From assembly GCA_951406725.2 (NCBI GenBank), contig OX597821.1:14694001-14758000 (forward strand): 64,000 bases of DNA, read 5' to 3'. The stretch's first letter is position 1. Every line of letters starts with the position of its first letter. Positions 51,546 through 64,000 of the stretch are shown here, in pieces. The translations under genes and the position numbers were made by a program. The notes under the pieces are model-generated. The model ran no database searches. It saw only the letters and a list, made by a program, of their open reading frames with translations, and was not told the DNA's origin. Source of the DNA: Octopus vulgaris (taxonomy: Eukaryota).

Positions 51546-54500
51546 TATATAGTTGCAACGCTAGCTACTTGATATCGATGCTATCACTCTAGTTTGTTTA
51601 TATCACTGATGAATCTATCAAATGACAGATGAAGTGAACTATTGTGTTCTATAGGGGACGCTAACATATTTGATTTTATAATTTTGTTATTATAAGGCTC
51701 AGCCGTTTTTCTTCCGGGTTTACACTATGAACTCAAATTCCACCGAAACTGACTTTGGCTTTCATAATTTTGGGGTCAATGAGATAAGTACCGGTTGAGC
51801 CCTGAGATCGGTGTAATCGACTAATTTAAAATCCCAGGCCTTATGCCTATAGCAGAAAGGGTTATATTGTTATGGTACAATATTAGCTGTGTAAGCTATT
51901 TACCATTCTTACTGGAGGAGCTCAGTTTGTATAAAATGTAGTCAGAGTAAAATCTGTCATTCAGTTTTGAGTTTCAACCCTGCTTGATTTGACTTTAGAT
52001 ATGGATAATCGCTGAAATACTAGCAAATTACTAGGAGTTGAACCATTTACCTTCTCGCTTAAATTGATTTTGTTTGTAAGAGTAAATCGGAAGTATAAAG
52101 ACAATTAAAAAGGCCAACCCATTTAATGCCTAGCAGAAGTTCATTAGCCCTTTCACATCTTCCAGAGCATCAACATAAAGAATGTTTTTTAACTTGTGTT
52201 TAGAGTTTATTCAGTCATCGCCAATGAGCAAAGCATTCCTGTTATTTTGAATTAGACTGGGTGTTTTCAGAGAATAATAAATAATTATTAATGAAGTACT
52301 GTAAATATGTAGATTCTCTGTATTTCTCCAATGCTAATATGGCATCGTGCTGTAGAAATTAAAAATCAATATTTTTATTTTGATATATTCAAATACAAGG
52401 TTTTTATATGTAAATGTAGTTACGTATGTGTTTTTGTTTGTGGCTTTATATGTAAAGCGGTTTATTTTCGTTACGTGATTACGCATGTATGAGTGAAATT
52501 AGTTGAAGGAAATTCTTTGGAAGCCTAGTGACATTATCGATTCAGTTTTTGGGTGGCATGTTTAATCTTTCACCCGATTTGTCACTACCAGTTAAACTCC
52601 AGATACCCTTAATAGAGTTCACTTTGTTTCAAGTATTTAAACCAGGTTTCAAATCTGAAGATAATTTTCTCCCCTCTGAAATACTGAGAGGGGTCACGGG
52701 CATTGCTTTTCCTCATTTGAGTAAGCAATTAAAAAAGATGTAATTTTTTTGTTAATAGAGGAAACCAAAATTTAAATATGCATTTATTAAAATCCTTTGT
52801 TCAATAAAGAATGCTTTTAAAATATAAATAACCAGTTCTAATCCTTGATTTTATCCAACCAGTTATTCAGACATGACAAAAAATATCTTTGCAGCCGTGT
52901 ATAACATAAGAGACGTTGTTTCATTATTAATAAATATCGATCTGATCCATGTTAACTATGAGAAATATAGACTAGACGAAATTAGGACTGTAGCCAAGGT
53001 TGTTTTGTTGCAAATCTATACACAATGGTTGTGAGAGAACGAATGAAAGAGTGGGAGGGAGGGAGAGAGAGAGAGAGAGAGAGAAGGATAAAAAATAAGA
53101 AATAAATAATAACACAGAAGATAAATAAAACATTGTTTACCAGAGCTACCAAAACAAATCTACTTACTCTGAAACATTTGAAAACGATTAATAAAGATTG
53201 TAGGTGAAAATCAAATGAAGAAAAAAAAATGTTTAAAAGCTCAAATGAAGAGAAAGTAATATTTTAAAATAGAAACTGAGATGACGGAAGTGAATATAAC
53301 TAAACTCATAAATAGAAAGATGAATGTATCTCGAATCTGTTGCTATAGTGAACAGGAAAATTTTACTTACTTCAAAGAAAAAATGGTATAAGGAAGGGAT
53401 GACATGAACCAAAAATGAATTTAAAGGTTTCGCAATGAAAAGGTGGAACAGTAAAGGCATATTATAGTTATAGTTGAGGGTTCCAGAAGAAACCTAAACT
53501 TCTCCAAATCAATTTAACTATAACTGTACCAGATCTTTTGCGTGGACCTCTCCATTTGACCTAAAATATTCCCTAATAATAATTATTAATCCCACGTAAA
53601 AATTTTTAAAAAATTCTTTCAATATTTCGCCTCTAATTCCACTTGCACTGCATGCACGCACGCATACACACTCGGTCTTCATCCCACATGAACATATAAC
53701 GGATATTTTTCTAGCTTACTCTTATAGTAGCAAGTATCAAAATACGACATCGGCGATCATCAAAATTCTGCAACAACAGGACGGATAACGTTTTTATCAA
53801 CCCTCTCTGACATCGAAGGCCTGTTTCATATGTTCATGAAATAAAGCTGGCTTTCTTTTATCAAGCAATTTATTTCAACTCTTTTTAGTGCCGACAAGGC
53901 TTACTTTAACACTCTTCCTTGCATCTGGGACGATGGAATTTAGTATACATCATTGAAACATTCCAGCTTACGTTCATATATGTTCCCTGCTCGGAATGTC
54001 AGTCTCCACTACAATACTTCTCAATGACTCACTGTCAAATTTCTTTTCTAGTACGTTTCATGATTTCTTATTCCTTTAATATGATCATCTTTATACTCAA
54101 TCCCACATTTACTTGATGCTTTCGTGTTTCCTTCGGCAATTATTTCTTTTAGTACTTTATTTTCCTATATTATACTCAAGTGGAAAATACAACTTTTCAA
54201 AGTGAACATGAATCGAATTCAGATTGTGCAATTACACTTATCTTGAAAATCAGGACAAAGAAGAAAATTTAAAAGTTAAGACCAGTGAAGAAATAACTTT
54301 TCAGAATAACAAATATTAAAATAAAGGATGAGACGGATGTGAGCTTTTTGGTTTTAGCAAGCAGCTAATTTACATCTCAGCCTAATTCGGACTAAGAATT
54401 GTTTGAATGACTTAAAGCAAAAGATAATGTATTACTTCAATGTCGGAAGGACGAACTAATTAAACTGTAAATTCTTTCAAATATTTCAAATAATGCATTT

Positions 54501-55144
54501 ATTATTAGTTACAGTTGGTAAGTGTAATATTCATGAGGGCTAACGTACATTCAGCGGAGGATATTGTCGTATATTCTTTGAGTTTCTTTTTTTATAATTC
54601 TCTCTCATTTTCTTTCAACCTTACCACTTTTGGCAATAAAAATGATGGTGGCGACTATCAGTTACTCGATTCGTTTGTCAGTCATTTTACTTTACAAAGC
54701 TACAGCTTAGAGAAATATTTATGGATCTTACTGGTCACTAGTTTTTATGTCTATTTCAATTCTAAGTTAACCAAGCGTATAAACATAAACAGCTTTAGCT
54801 CACTAGAGACTATACCGAGTGATATAACCACGAGGACATGACTCTGTAACAATCCAATATTTCCCAAAATAACACTGTAACTGTTTATCTATAATCTCCC
54901 ACTCCATTTTGTTAGTGATGTAAAAAAATAAATAAAGCACGAAATATCAGAGAAATAGCTAAAGTTGAATTAAATTAAACCTCATTCCATGTAGTCCACA
55001 TTACTTCATGCTTTTCCATGCTATACAACATTCAGAAATCGCGTGATATGTTAAAGAGAGCGATAGCTGGATGTTTGTTGCATAATGACATGACTTTCCA
55101 TGCATGGATTTTGGAAAGCAATCAGCTTTCCTCGACCAGCCAGC

Positions 55145-55200
55145 GTGAAAATCCCTGCGCATCAGATGTTATATAACATCTGGATGCACAGTGATTTTAC
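55145..55200. repeat. 56-bp near-perfect palindrome
   Basis: GTGAAAATCCCTGCGCATC-AGATGTTATATAACATCT-GGATGCACAGTGATTTTAC; central 18 bp perfectly palindromic. Confidence 0.85.
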
Positions 55201-55389
55201 ATTGGTGCAAATATATCCGTATAGAATGCTCAACTAGAGTTAGGCACATTTTTATGTCCAGAATGAATTGCTGTTACACGCAAGCGAGTATGATCGGGTT
55301 GCACGAACCATACTTTTGCTAGTTATTTCAGGGGCATATACAGTCGTAAGCAGAAACAGACTTCCCTGTGGTAAGCAGAAATAGACTTC

Positions 55390-55623
55390 TAAGGCGGCGA
55401 GCTGGCAGAAACGTTAGCAAGCCGGGCGAAATGCCTACTGGTATTTCGTCTGCCATTACGTTCTGAGTTCAAATTCCACCGAGGTCAACTTTGCCTTTCA
55501 TCCCTTCGGGGTCGATAAATTAAGTATCAGCTACGCATTTGGGTCGATGTAATCGACTTAATCCGTTTGTCTGTCTTTGTTTGTCCCCTCTGTGTTTAGC
55601 CCCTTATGGGCAATAAAGATATA
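55390..55623 (+). mobile_element. SINE family B, full length, tail type 1
   Basis: 13-bp TSD AGAAATAGACTTC at 55377-55389 and 55624-55636. Confidence 0.93.
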
Positions 55624-56150
55624 AGAAATAGACTTCCCAGTTTTCCAACCCCTGACTCAGAAGCATGTTAAGGATGTAATAACTGGGTGGAGAAAGGACT
55701 GCTGAAGCAATGGGAAATGAGTCGCGTTGCCCTGGGACGCAGTGCGCTGACAGCATAGGAATGGAACCCCAAATATTCGTGATCCGTACACCCTAACCAC
55801 TTAGCCATGCGTCTTCATCATCATTGTTTGATATATATTTACTTGTATACATATTCGCAAGCATGATTCATAAATGCGGATGCACAACACACACATGCAC
55901 GCACACAATACACATGCATTTATGAACACACATACGACACATACAGTCACATACCCGCACACAAACACACGCTATAAATATTTGCACTAACTTACGCACA
56001 ACACTTTTATATAACTTTTATAGAACACATTACTGCATTAAAATGAAGTTACAAAGATTAGCTATGATTAACTATACAATAATTAACTATTTTAAAATTA
56101 AAGATATTGATTCTTTGACAGTGTTTTTTTATATATATTTTCAATGCAAT

Positions 56151-56380
56151 ACTCTTTACTCTTTTAATCTTTTATTTGTTTCAGTCATTTGACTGCGGCC
56201 ATGCTGGAGCACCGCCTTTAATCGAACACATCGACCCCGGGACTTATTCTTTTGTAAGCCCAGTACTTATTCTATCGGTCTCTTGTGCCGATCCGCTAAG
56301 TAACGGGGACATAAACACACTAGCATCGGTTGTCAAGCAATGCTAGGGGGACAAACACAGACACACAAACACACACATAC

Positions 56381-56421
<41 letters not shown>

Positions 56422-56586
56422 TACGACAGGCTTCTTTCAGTTTCCGTCTACCAAATCCACTCACAAGGCTTTGGTCGGCCCGAGGCTATAGTAGAAGACA
56501 CTTGCCCAAGGTACCACGCAGTAGGACTGAACCCGGAACCATGTGGTTGGTAAACAAGCTACTTACCACACAGCCACTCCTGCGCC
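56151..56586 (-). mobile_element. SINE family A, full length
   Basis: Complete reverse-complement copy. Confidence 0.92.
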
Positions 56587-56899
56587 TATATTAACTTGTA
56601 TACATATTCGCAATGCTGTATTTGAAAGAATATCTACAGATTTTTCCCTAATACTGTATGTGTTGATAGATGTAAAAATCTCCTTTTATACGTTATCTTC
56701 ATGGGCAGAAATTAAAGACTGACCAGTGTAATTTTCATCCATTGCGTGTATCATTTAGAAATGCTACTTCGTAATTTCATCGTTTCCTTTTCTGTCCTTA
56801 CATTTGTTTTTCAGTTATTTTCATTTCACTTTAAAGATGTTGAGATAAATTGCACACTGAAGTAGCACTTAATTTTACATAATTTTTATATTAATGTAG

Positions 56900-57283
56900 G
56901 TAGGAGCACTCCGTCGGTTACGACGACGAGGGTTCCGGTTGATCCGATCAACGGAACAGCCTGCTCGTGAAATTAACGTGTAAGTGGCTGAGCACTCCAC
57001 AGACACGTGCACCCTTAACGTAGTTCTCGGGGATATTCAGCGTGACACAGAGAGTGACAAGGCCGGCCCTTGAAATACAGGTACAACAGAAACAGGAAGT
57101 AAGAGTGAGAGAAAGTTGTGGTGAAAGCGTACAGCAGGGTTCGCCACCACCCCCTGCCGGAGCCTCGTGGAGCTTTAGGTGTTTTCGCTCAATAAACACT
57201 CAGAACGCCCGGTCTGGAAATCGAAACCGCGATCCTACGACCGCGAGTCCGCTGCCCTAACCACTGGGCCATTGCGCCTCCAC
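56900..57283 (-). mobile_element. tRNA-derived SINE family D, full length
   Basis: 12-bp TSD ATATTAATGTAG at 56888-56899 and 57284-57295; reverse complement of the 28984 copy. Confidence 0.93.
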
Positions 57284-59138
57284 ATATTAATGTAGCAATG
57301 TTAGAACAATGAAAAGAGACAGTATAAGTGCAGGATCTTCATTAAGTTCAAAACATACTTAATATATATAATAGTAAGAACGGAAAAAAGCTCTGTCATT
57401 TTAGGTATAATATAAACTCTCAAAGATTACCTGTGTATATGAAAACGAGCGGCAACAATTTCTAATTAAATCAACATTACAAATCAAACATCTAATTCAC
57501 TGTAGAAAGGATTCACAGGCAGTATGAGAGGGCTTGAAGAGTTTTACAGTCGAAGCTTTCTGTATTATATAAAGTTACACGAAACTGCATTATGAAAATG
57601 GATCAAGTGATTAGAAAATTGCTGAAGAACTTCTGCCACAATTAGTTAAAATAATTGATGTTATTATTCTTAAAACAAACATTTGATATTGAAGAAAACG
57701 ATGTAATTTGAAGAAAATAACAAAGTGAACTTTTATAATAAGAAAGTAAAAAAACAAAAAAAAACGGTTAGCGGATGCGATATCTCGGGCCACATTATTA
57801 TGATTTAATAGATTAGGTGACTCTTTCGCAAAATCATTATTAATTAATAGGTCCCCGAATCCACTTAAAATGAAAGGATCAAATAAAAAATATCCTCCAA
57901 GTTCATCGGCATTTCTGGAGTTGAAATTTATACAGAAGAAAATATTAATAACTTCAAAATTTTACAACTTGTTTACAGCATTCTAACGCATTCCTCTCAT
58001 TGAGAATTCCCTATATTAAAGTACTGTTCCTGCCACCCAATATCATATCATTTATTCCAACATTATATTAAGGAATAATTTGTGATTATAAGACTAATTT
58101 ATTTAACATTCATATGAAAAATCTTGTTTGCTATAGAGGAAACTAGCTTCCACTGCGGTTGTTTTCAAATGATTGCAATAATATGTGAACTTTTGTCTGC
58201 AGTGTTGAAGGTGCGAACTCAGGAAAATACCTGTACTCAGACATATTTACTATCGTATGCTCAACAAGGGTAAAAGATTTTACGATTTCGGTGTTGAAGA
58301 AATCGCGCATTGATCTCCTTTTACATAAGATCAATGAAGAATCAATTGTCATAGTAATTATAATTAGAAATGATGAAACTTAGTGTCTCGTTGATGAACT
58401 AAATTCACTGATTACTACAAAGATTGAAAAGGTGCCATCCATCCCCACCACAAAAGAAGACAAGGAACCTGAAAACTGATCCTAGTAAGAATGGTTGTAA
58501 TATGGAATATAGCAATATACTAATAAGGAATACACTGTATTTCTTATTAGTATAGTATAATATAGTATTAATATATAGCATTATATAGTATTAATATATA
58601 TTATTAATATATACAAATAAGGAATACACTGTATAGCGACATACATAAATATTTACTCTGATTTTAAAAAAAATGCGTAATCCCAACTTTTTATAGAACT
58701 ATACAGAATACAGAAGGAGTATGAAGGACAATGTTGCTTCTGAGTTTCAATCAGCGTAAAAAAAAATTCTTTAGATTACTAGTTTTAATACAATGGACCG
58801 AAAACTACAGTCATTAAGAAATATTGCATTCAGAAGCCATGTATATAAGTTGTCACATGAATTACTCTTTTACTTATATCAGACATTACTATGCTGAAGT
58901 AATAGCTTCAAAGGTTTCAAGTCAACCGTATCGACTTCAATACAACTCTTTCAGTCTGATGTTTATTCTATATGTTTCTATTTGTGGAACTGCTAGGCTT
59001 CGGGACATGAAATGACATAAAACAAATGACAGCGAATCTTATACCGGCGCAGGTACACCTACACACACATACACACTCAATTACCCAGACACTCAAATAC
59101 ACAGTTAATATATAATTTTTATCTACATTTCTACATTT

Positions 59139-59563
59139 CGCAGGAGTGGCTGTGTGGTAAGTAGCTTGCTTACCAACCACATGGTTCCGGGTTCAGTCCC
59201 ACTTCGTGGCATCTTGGGCAAGTGTCTTCTGCTATAGTCCCGGGCCGACCAAAGCCTTGTGAGTGGATTTGGTAGACGGAAACTGAAAGAAGTCCGTCGT
59301 ATATATGTATATATATATATATATATATATACGTAGGTGTGTGTGTTTGTGTGTCTGTGTTTGTTCCCCTGGCATTGCTTGACAACCGATGCTGGTGTGT
59401 TTATGTCCCCGTCACTTAGCAGTTCGGCAAAAGAGACCGATAGAATAAGTACTGGGCTTACAAAAGAATAAGTCCCGATGTCGAGTTGCTCGATTAAAGG
59501 CGGTGCTCCAGCATGGCCGCAGTCAAATGACTGAAACAAGTAAAAGAATAAAAGAATAAAAGA
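59139..59563 (+). mobile_element. SINE family A, full length
   Basis: Head through to a (TAAAAGAA)n tail. Confidence 0.92.
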
Positions 59564-59767
59564 AATTCCAAAAAGTTGTTAGAATTTTGCTTGGTTATTT
59601 TCTTTTCAATAAATCTATTCCCCACGATTTCCACTTGCATGCTGACTCAGGGAACTCATTTACTGTGTATTTAAGTCATAACTGTATATTATAAAAACCC
59701 ACACGCATACACACACAAACACATGCATATTTGCGTATCTGCATATATGTATATATTTATATACATA

Positions 59768-60131
59768 CTAGCAGTATCACCCGGCGTTGCTCGGGTTTGT
59801 AAGGGAAATAACTATATAAGCATTTTTAGAGAGTTATAGCCAAAAAATAGCAAAAAATGCATTAAAAATGGAAAAAAAATGATGGTAATTTTTTTTTAAA
59901 TCGTTGACTCATTGTAGACATTTTTAGAGAGTTACTTCCCTTATATAATAGCGAAAAAACATGCATTAAAATGGAAAAAAATCGTAAACGCGCGCTAATA
60001 CCCAGAAGGGCTCGATATGAATCACGACTATAAGATACCCGGTTTTGGTTAAACTGCACCGCAAAATGTGGAGTAGTTAGGAATCTAAATCGTCGGAGAC
60101 AGACACACAACTTGACTTTTATATATAAAGA
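59768..60131 (-). mobile_element. Non-autonomous Helitron
   Basis: CTAG terminus, hairpin, TC terminus, A|T site. Confidence 0.88.
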
Positions 60132-60163
60132 TGTACATGCATATATATATATATATATATATA

Positions 60164-60498
<335 letters not shown>

Positions 60499-60593
60499 AA
60501 ATAGAAAGATGAATAATCTTGTTGCAGATTAATCAAAAGTTTAACCGATACCTTGGTAGCAAAAATCACACCAGAAGACAGCACGGTTGGAGG

Positions 60594-60658
<65 letters not shown>

Positions 60659-60661
60659 ATA

Positions 60662-60710
<49 letters not shown>

Positions 60711-61001
60711 ATATATATGTATATATATATATATATGTATGTATATATATATATATAATTGTTAAAGAGGACAACAAATGTTAAGACAAATATATCAAGT
60801 CATATACGTTATTATTAGTGGGAAAAAGGCAAAGTCTTACACCTGTGTCTGGGATATCCCTGAGTATGGGATATTCAGTCATCGGAGACAAATAGGGAAA
60901 ATAAGAAAGGTATGGATTAACGCAATAACGATATATAGGGCCGGAGAAAAGGAATAAGGAGATGAAGAAAGAGAAGAAAGAGGCATAAAAGTTCACAGCT
61001 T

Positions 61002-61055
<54 letters not shown>

Positions 61056-61135
61056 CGTATAGATATTGACGTATATTTTTATGTAAACAATATACATCAA
61101 CTTACATATATATGTGTATATGCATCTATCTATCA

Positions 61136-61218
<83 letters not shown>

Positions 61219-61634
61219 CGAGGACCGAGAGTGTCGCATTGCTCTCAGGCAACTATGCCGTCCCGGGTCGACCTTGAGCGACTTCAACACAACCAAAGCA
61301 TTCTATATGGGATTATTGGTGGGGAGGTACGACGACGAGCTAGGGGCGAACCTGGACGTCGACGAGGAATACCTGACCTGTCTGTTCAGGACGACTTTCG
61401 GGCCAAGAACCATGGACAACTTCCAGAGATCCCTGGCCTGGCAGTGCTACCGAGAAGCGCTACCCGTTCGGGATAAGCTCTACAGACACGGCTCGAGAAT
61501 CACGGAGCCGACCTGCCCGAGATGTTTTGATCGAAAACCTACCCCACTTTTTTTTTCTTTCTCCCCAAAAAGAAAAGCTCTACTTTGTAATCTGTCCCGC
61601 CTGTGTGCAGCCCTGTGTGGCTAATAAAGAAACA
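61219..61634 (+). mobile_element. Tx1/L1-clade LINE 3' fragment (ORF2 zf-RVT region, internal deletion, 3' UTR) inserted in (TATC)n
   Basis: Open frame MDNFQRSLAWQCYREALPVRDKLYRHGSRITEPTCPRC resembles the L1/Tx1 zf-RVT motif W...h..LP....L.......CP.C; GC-rich; then a pyrimidine-rich UTR ending AATAAAGAAA. Confidence 0.8.
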
Positions 61635-61659
61635 TAATCTGTCTATCTATCTGTCTGTC

Positions 61660-61744
<85 letters not shown>

Positions 61745-61751
61745 TTATCTA

Positions 61752-61900
61752 GGTTCAGCTCACTAGCTGTGGCCATGTTGGGGCACCGTCATTTAAAGGA
61801 TGAAAGGCAAAGTCGACCTCGGCGGAATTTGAACTTAGAACGTAACGGCAGACGAAATACCGCTAAGTATTTTTGCCCGGCGTGCTAACGTTTCTGCCAA
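61752..61900 (-). mobile_element. A-type tail fragment (61752-61790) joined to a SINE B head/central fragment (61795-61900)
   Basis: TTCAGCTCACTAGCTGTGGCCATGTTGGGGCACCG, then AAAGGATGAAAGGCAAAGTCGACCTCGGCGG...CGTTTCTGCCA. Confidence 0.7.
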
Positions 61901-61971
61901 GCATGTATACACATATGCATATATGTGTGTGCATATGCATAAACACGCACACGCACACACATATACTTACA

Positions 61972-62041
<70 letters not shown>

Positions 62042-62547
62042 CGTATGTATACGCATACATACATATAGGCATATGTATCTAACGGTGAATTCTATTAGCG
62101 TACTTTTCACATCATGTTTATCATGGAGGTGGACCTGCTGCCGAAATATTTTACCGCATACGAATTTTGGAACCTCATTTTGTATGGGAACTAATATACC
62201 TACCAAGTGTCCAATCAATAAATTATATCTTTTCTACTGCTTCATCTTGTGATTTGCCCTCACATGAACATTTTTTTTTTCAAATATATTACTATATCTT
62301 GAACGATATGCCAGACAATTCGATTTTTTAAACAACTTCACTTGGAAGAAAAAAATATATATTTTATCTACATACGCAATATGTTCAATCATTTAATATT
62401 CTCATCATTATACAACTTCTCGACGTTGTCATTTATTCTTCAGATCTTAGCATCTGTACATATGTTTTACAATGGTATGATATAATTTTACAATTATGCC
62501 ATATAAATCAATTTTCACTGAGATATAGTGTTGCTATTGCTGCACAC

Positions 62548-62593
<46 letters not shown>

Positions 62594-62704
62594 TACATGT
62601 ATGTATGTAAAACATTCATTAACAAAATGGCGAGGCTAAAAATATGCTTCATTATGTTTACAAATTCAATTTTATATACTGTTTCGGCGCTTTAGTTAAT
62701 CTAA

Positions 62705-62751
<47 letters not shown>

Positions 62752-62813
62752 CATGCACACATGCATGCATACATACATACATGCATATATATATATATTT
62801 TCTCTTATTTTTT

Positions 62814-63018
62814 TCTCTTTTACTTGTTTCAGTCATTTGACTGCGGCCATGCTGGAGCACCGCCTTTATTCGAGGAAATCGACCCCAGGACTTATTCCTT
62901 GGAAGCCTAGTACCTATTCTATCGTTTTCTTTTACCGAACCGCTAAGTTACAGGAACGTAAACACACCAGCATCGGTTGTCAAGCGATGTTGGGGGGGAC
63001 AAACACACACACACACAT

Positions 63019-63081
<63 letters not shown>

Positions 63082-63252
63082 CATATATATGACGGGCTTC
63101 TTTCAGTTTTCGTCTACCAAATCCACTCACAAGGCTTTGGTCGGCTTGAGGCTATGGTAGAAGACACTTGCCCAAGGTGCCACGCAGTGGGACTGAACCC
63201 GGAACCATGTGGTTGGTAAGCAAGCTACTTACCACATAGCCACTCCTGCGCC
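62814..63252 (-). mobile_element. SINE family A, full length
   Basis: Complete reverse-complement copy. Confidence 0.92.
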
Positions 63253-63334
63253 TGTATGTATATACGTACAGATAATCATATACACCACATGGATACACAC
63301 ACACACACACACACATCTGTTTATGCGTTGTATG

Positions 63335-63680
63335 GAGTTTGCTTCGCAACCACATGGTTACAGGCTCAGCCCCACTGCGTAGCACTTCGGGCAAATGTCT
63401 TCTCCTATAGCTTCAGACCGACCAAATCCTTGTGAGTGGATATGCTAGATAAAAGCAAGATGAAAGATTCCTGTAAGGTGTGTGTGTGCGTGTGTGTGAC
63501 CACTGCTTGACTGCTTGACGGCGGTTAACGTAGCGGTTCGGCAAAAGGCTCCGATAGAATAATTACCAGGCTTAAAAAGAAAATGATCACAGAGGTCGAT
63601 TAGTTTGACTAGAATTCCTGAAGGTGGTGCCCCAGCATGGCCGCAGTTTAATGACAAAAACGAGTTAAAGATAAAAGATA
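63335..63680 (+). mobile_element. SINE family A, degenerate
   Basis: CAACCACATGGTT...CCCACTGCGT...GGTGGTGCCCCAGCATGGCCGCAG. Confidence 0.75.
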
Positions 63681-63944
63681 GTCACAGCTTTAGTATTCGT
63701 TAGAATTCTTTCCATACCACTCCTTTTCTAACCAAACTCGACGTGAATGTTAAGTCGTACTTCTTTGGATTGAGCGAAAAATGAGTATTTTGTGTTGCTT
63801 TTATCGGGAGGAAATAGGAAAGTGAGTAGAACAAAAAATAATGACAATGAAAAAGGGATAAAAATGCAAGCAATAACAATGCCAACAATAATAAAACTAA
63901 TCTTAGTTGTACAGGAGACATTGATAAAAGACTAGTCAGTCAAA

Positions 63945-64000
63945 TCTTTATATATAAAAGTCAAACTGTGTGTCTGTCTCCTACGATTTAGATTCCTAAC
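63945..64000 (+). mobile_element. Non-autonomous Helitron 5' end (runs off the window)
   Basis: A|TCTTTATATATAAAAGTCAA..TGTGTGTCTGTCTCCTACGATTTAGATTCCTAAC is the reverse complement of the 60075-60131 end. Confidence 0.85.

Overview
AT-rich, extremely repeat-dense eukaryotic (animal) genomic DNA. The SINE families, the (TA)/(CA)/(TATC)/(AAT) microsatellite load and the transposon set suggest a coleoid cephalopod, probably Octopus (inference). I found no intact host protein-coding gene, rRNA, true tRNA or CRISPR array; almost all supplied ORFs are microsatellite or SINE read-throughs, so the window is probably intergenic or a large intron. Contents: about 17 copies of a tRNA-headed SINE with an internal microsatellite (family A); a second tRNA-headed SINE (family B) with two alternative 3' tails; further SINE families (D, E); two decayed Tc1-type transposons with TIRs; a decayed mariner/maT-like remnant; two hAT-type MITEs; four non-autonomous Helitrons; an (AAT)n-targeting element in two copies; and LINE remnants (Tx1/L1 zf-RVT end, RTE, Penelope-like). 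Family letters are my own labels. Most interesting observations: (1) the family-B SINE tail matches the 3' end of a Tx1/L1-clade LINE fragment in the same window (32/40, ungapped), a candidate SINE-LINE partnership; (2) an indel-free hairpin with 87-bp arms at 174-350; (3) two minimal hammerhead-ribozyme-like motifs; (4) a strand-interleaved patchwork at 6185-6308. Boundaries of degenerate elements are approximate and all alignments were done by eye.
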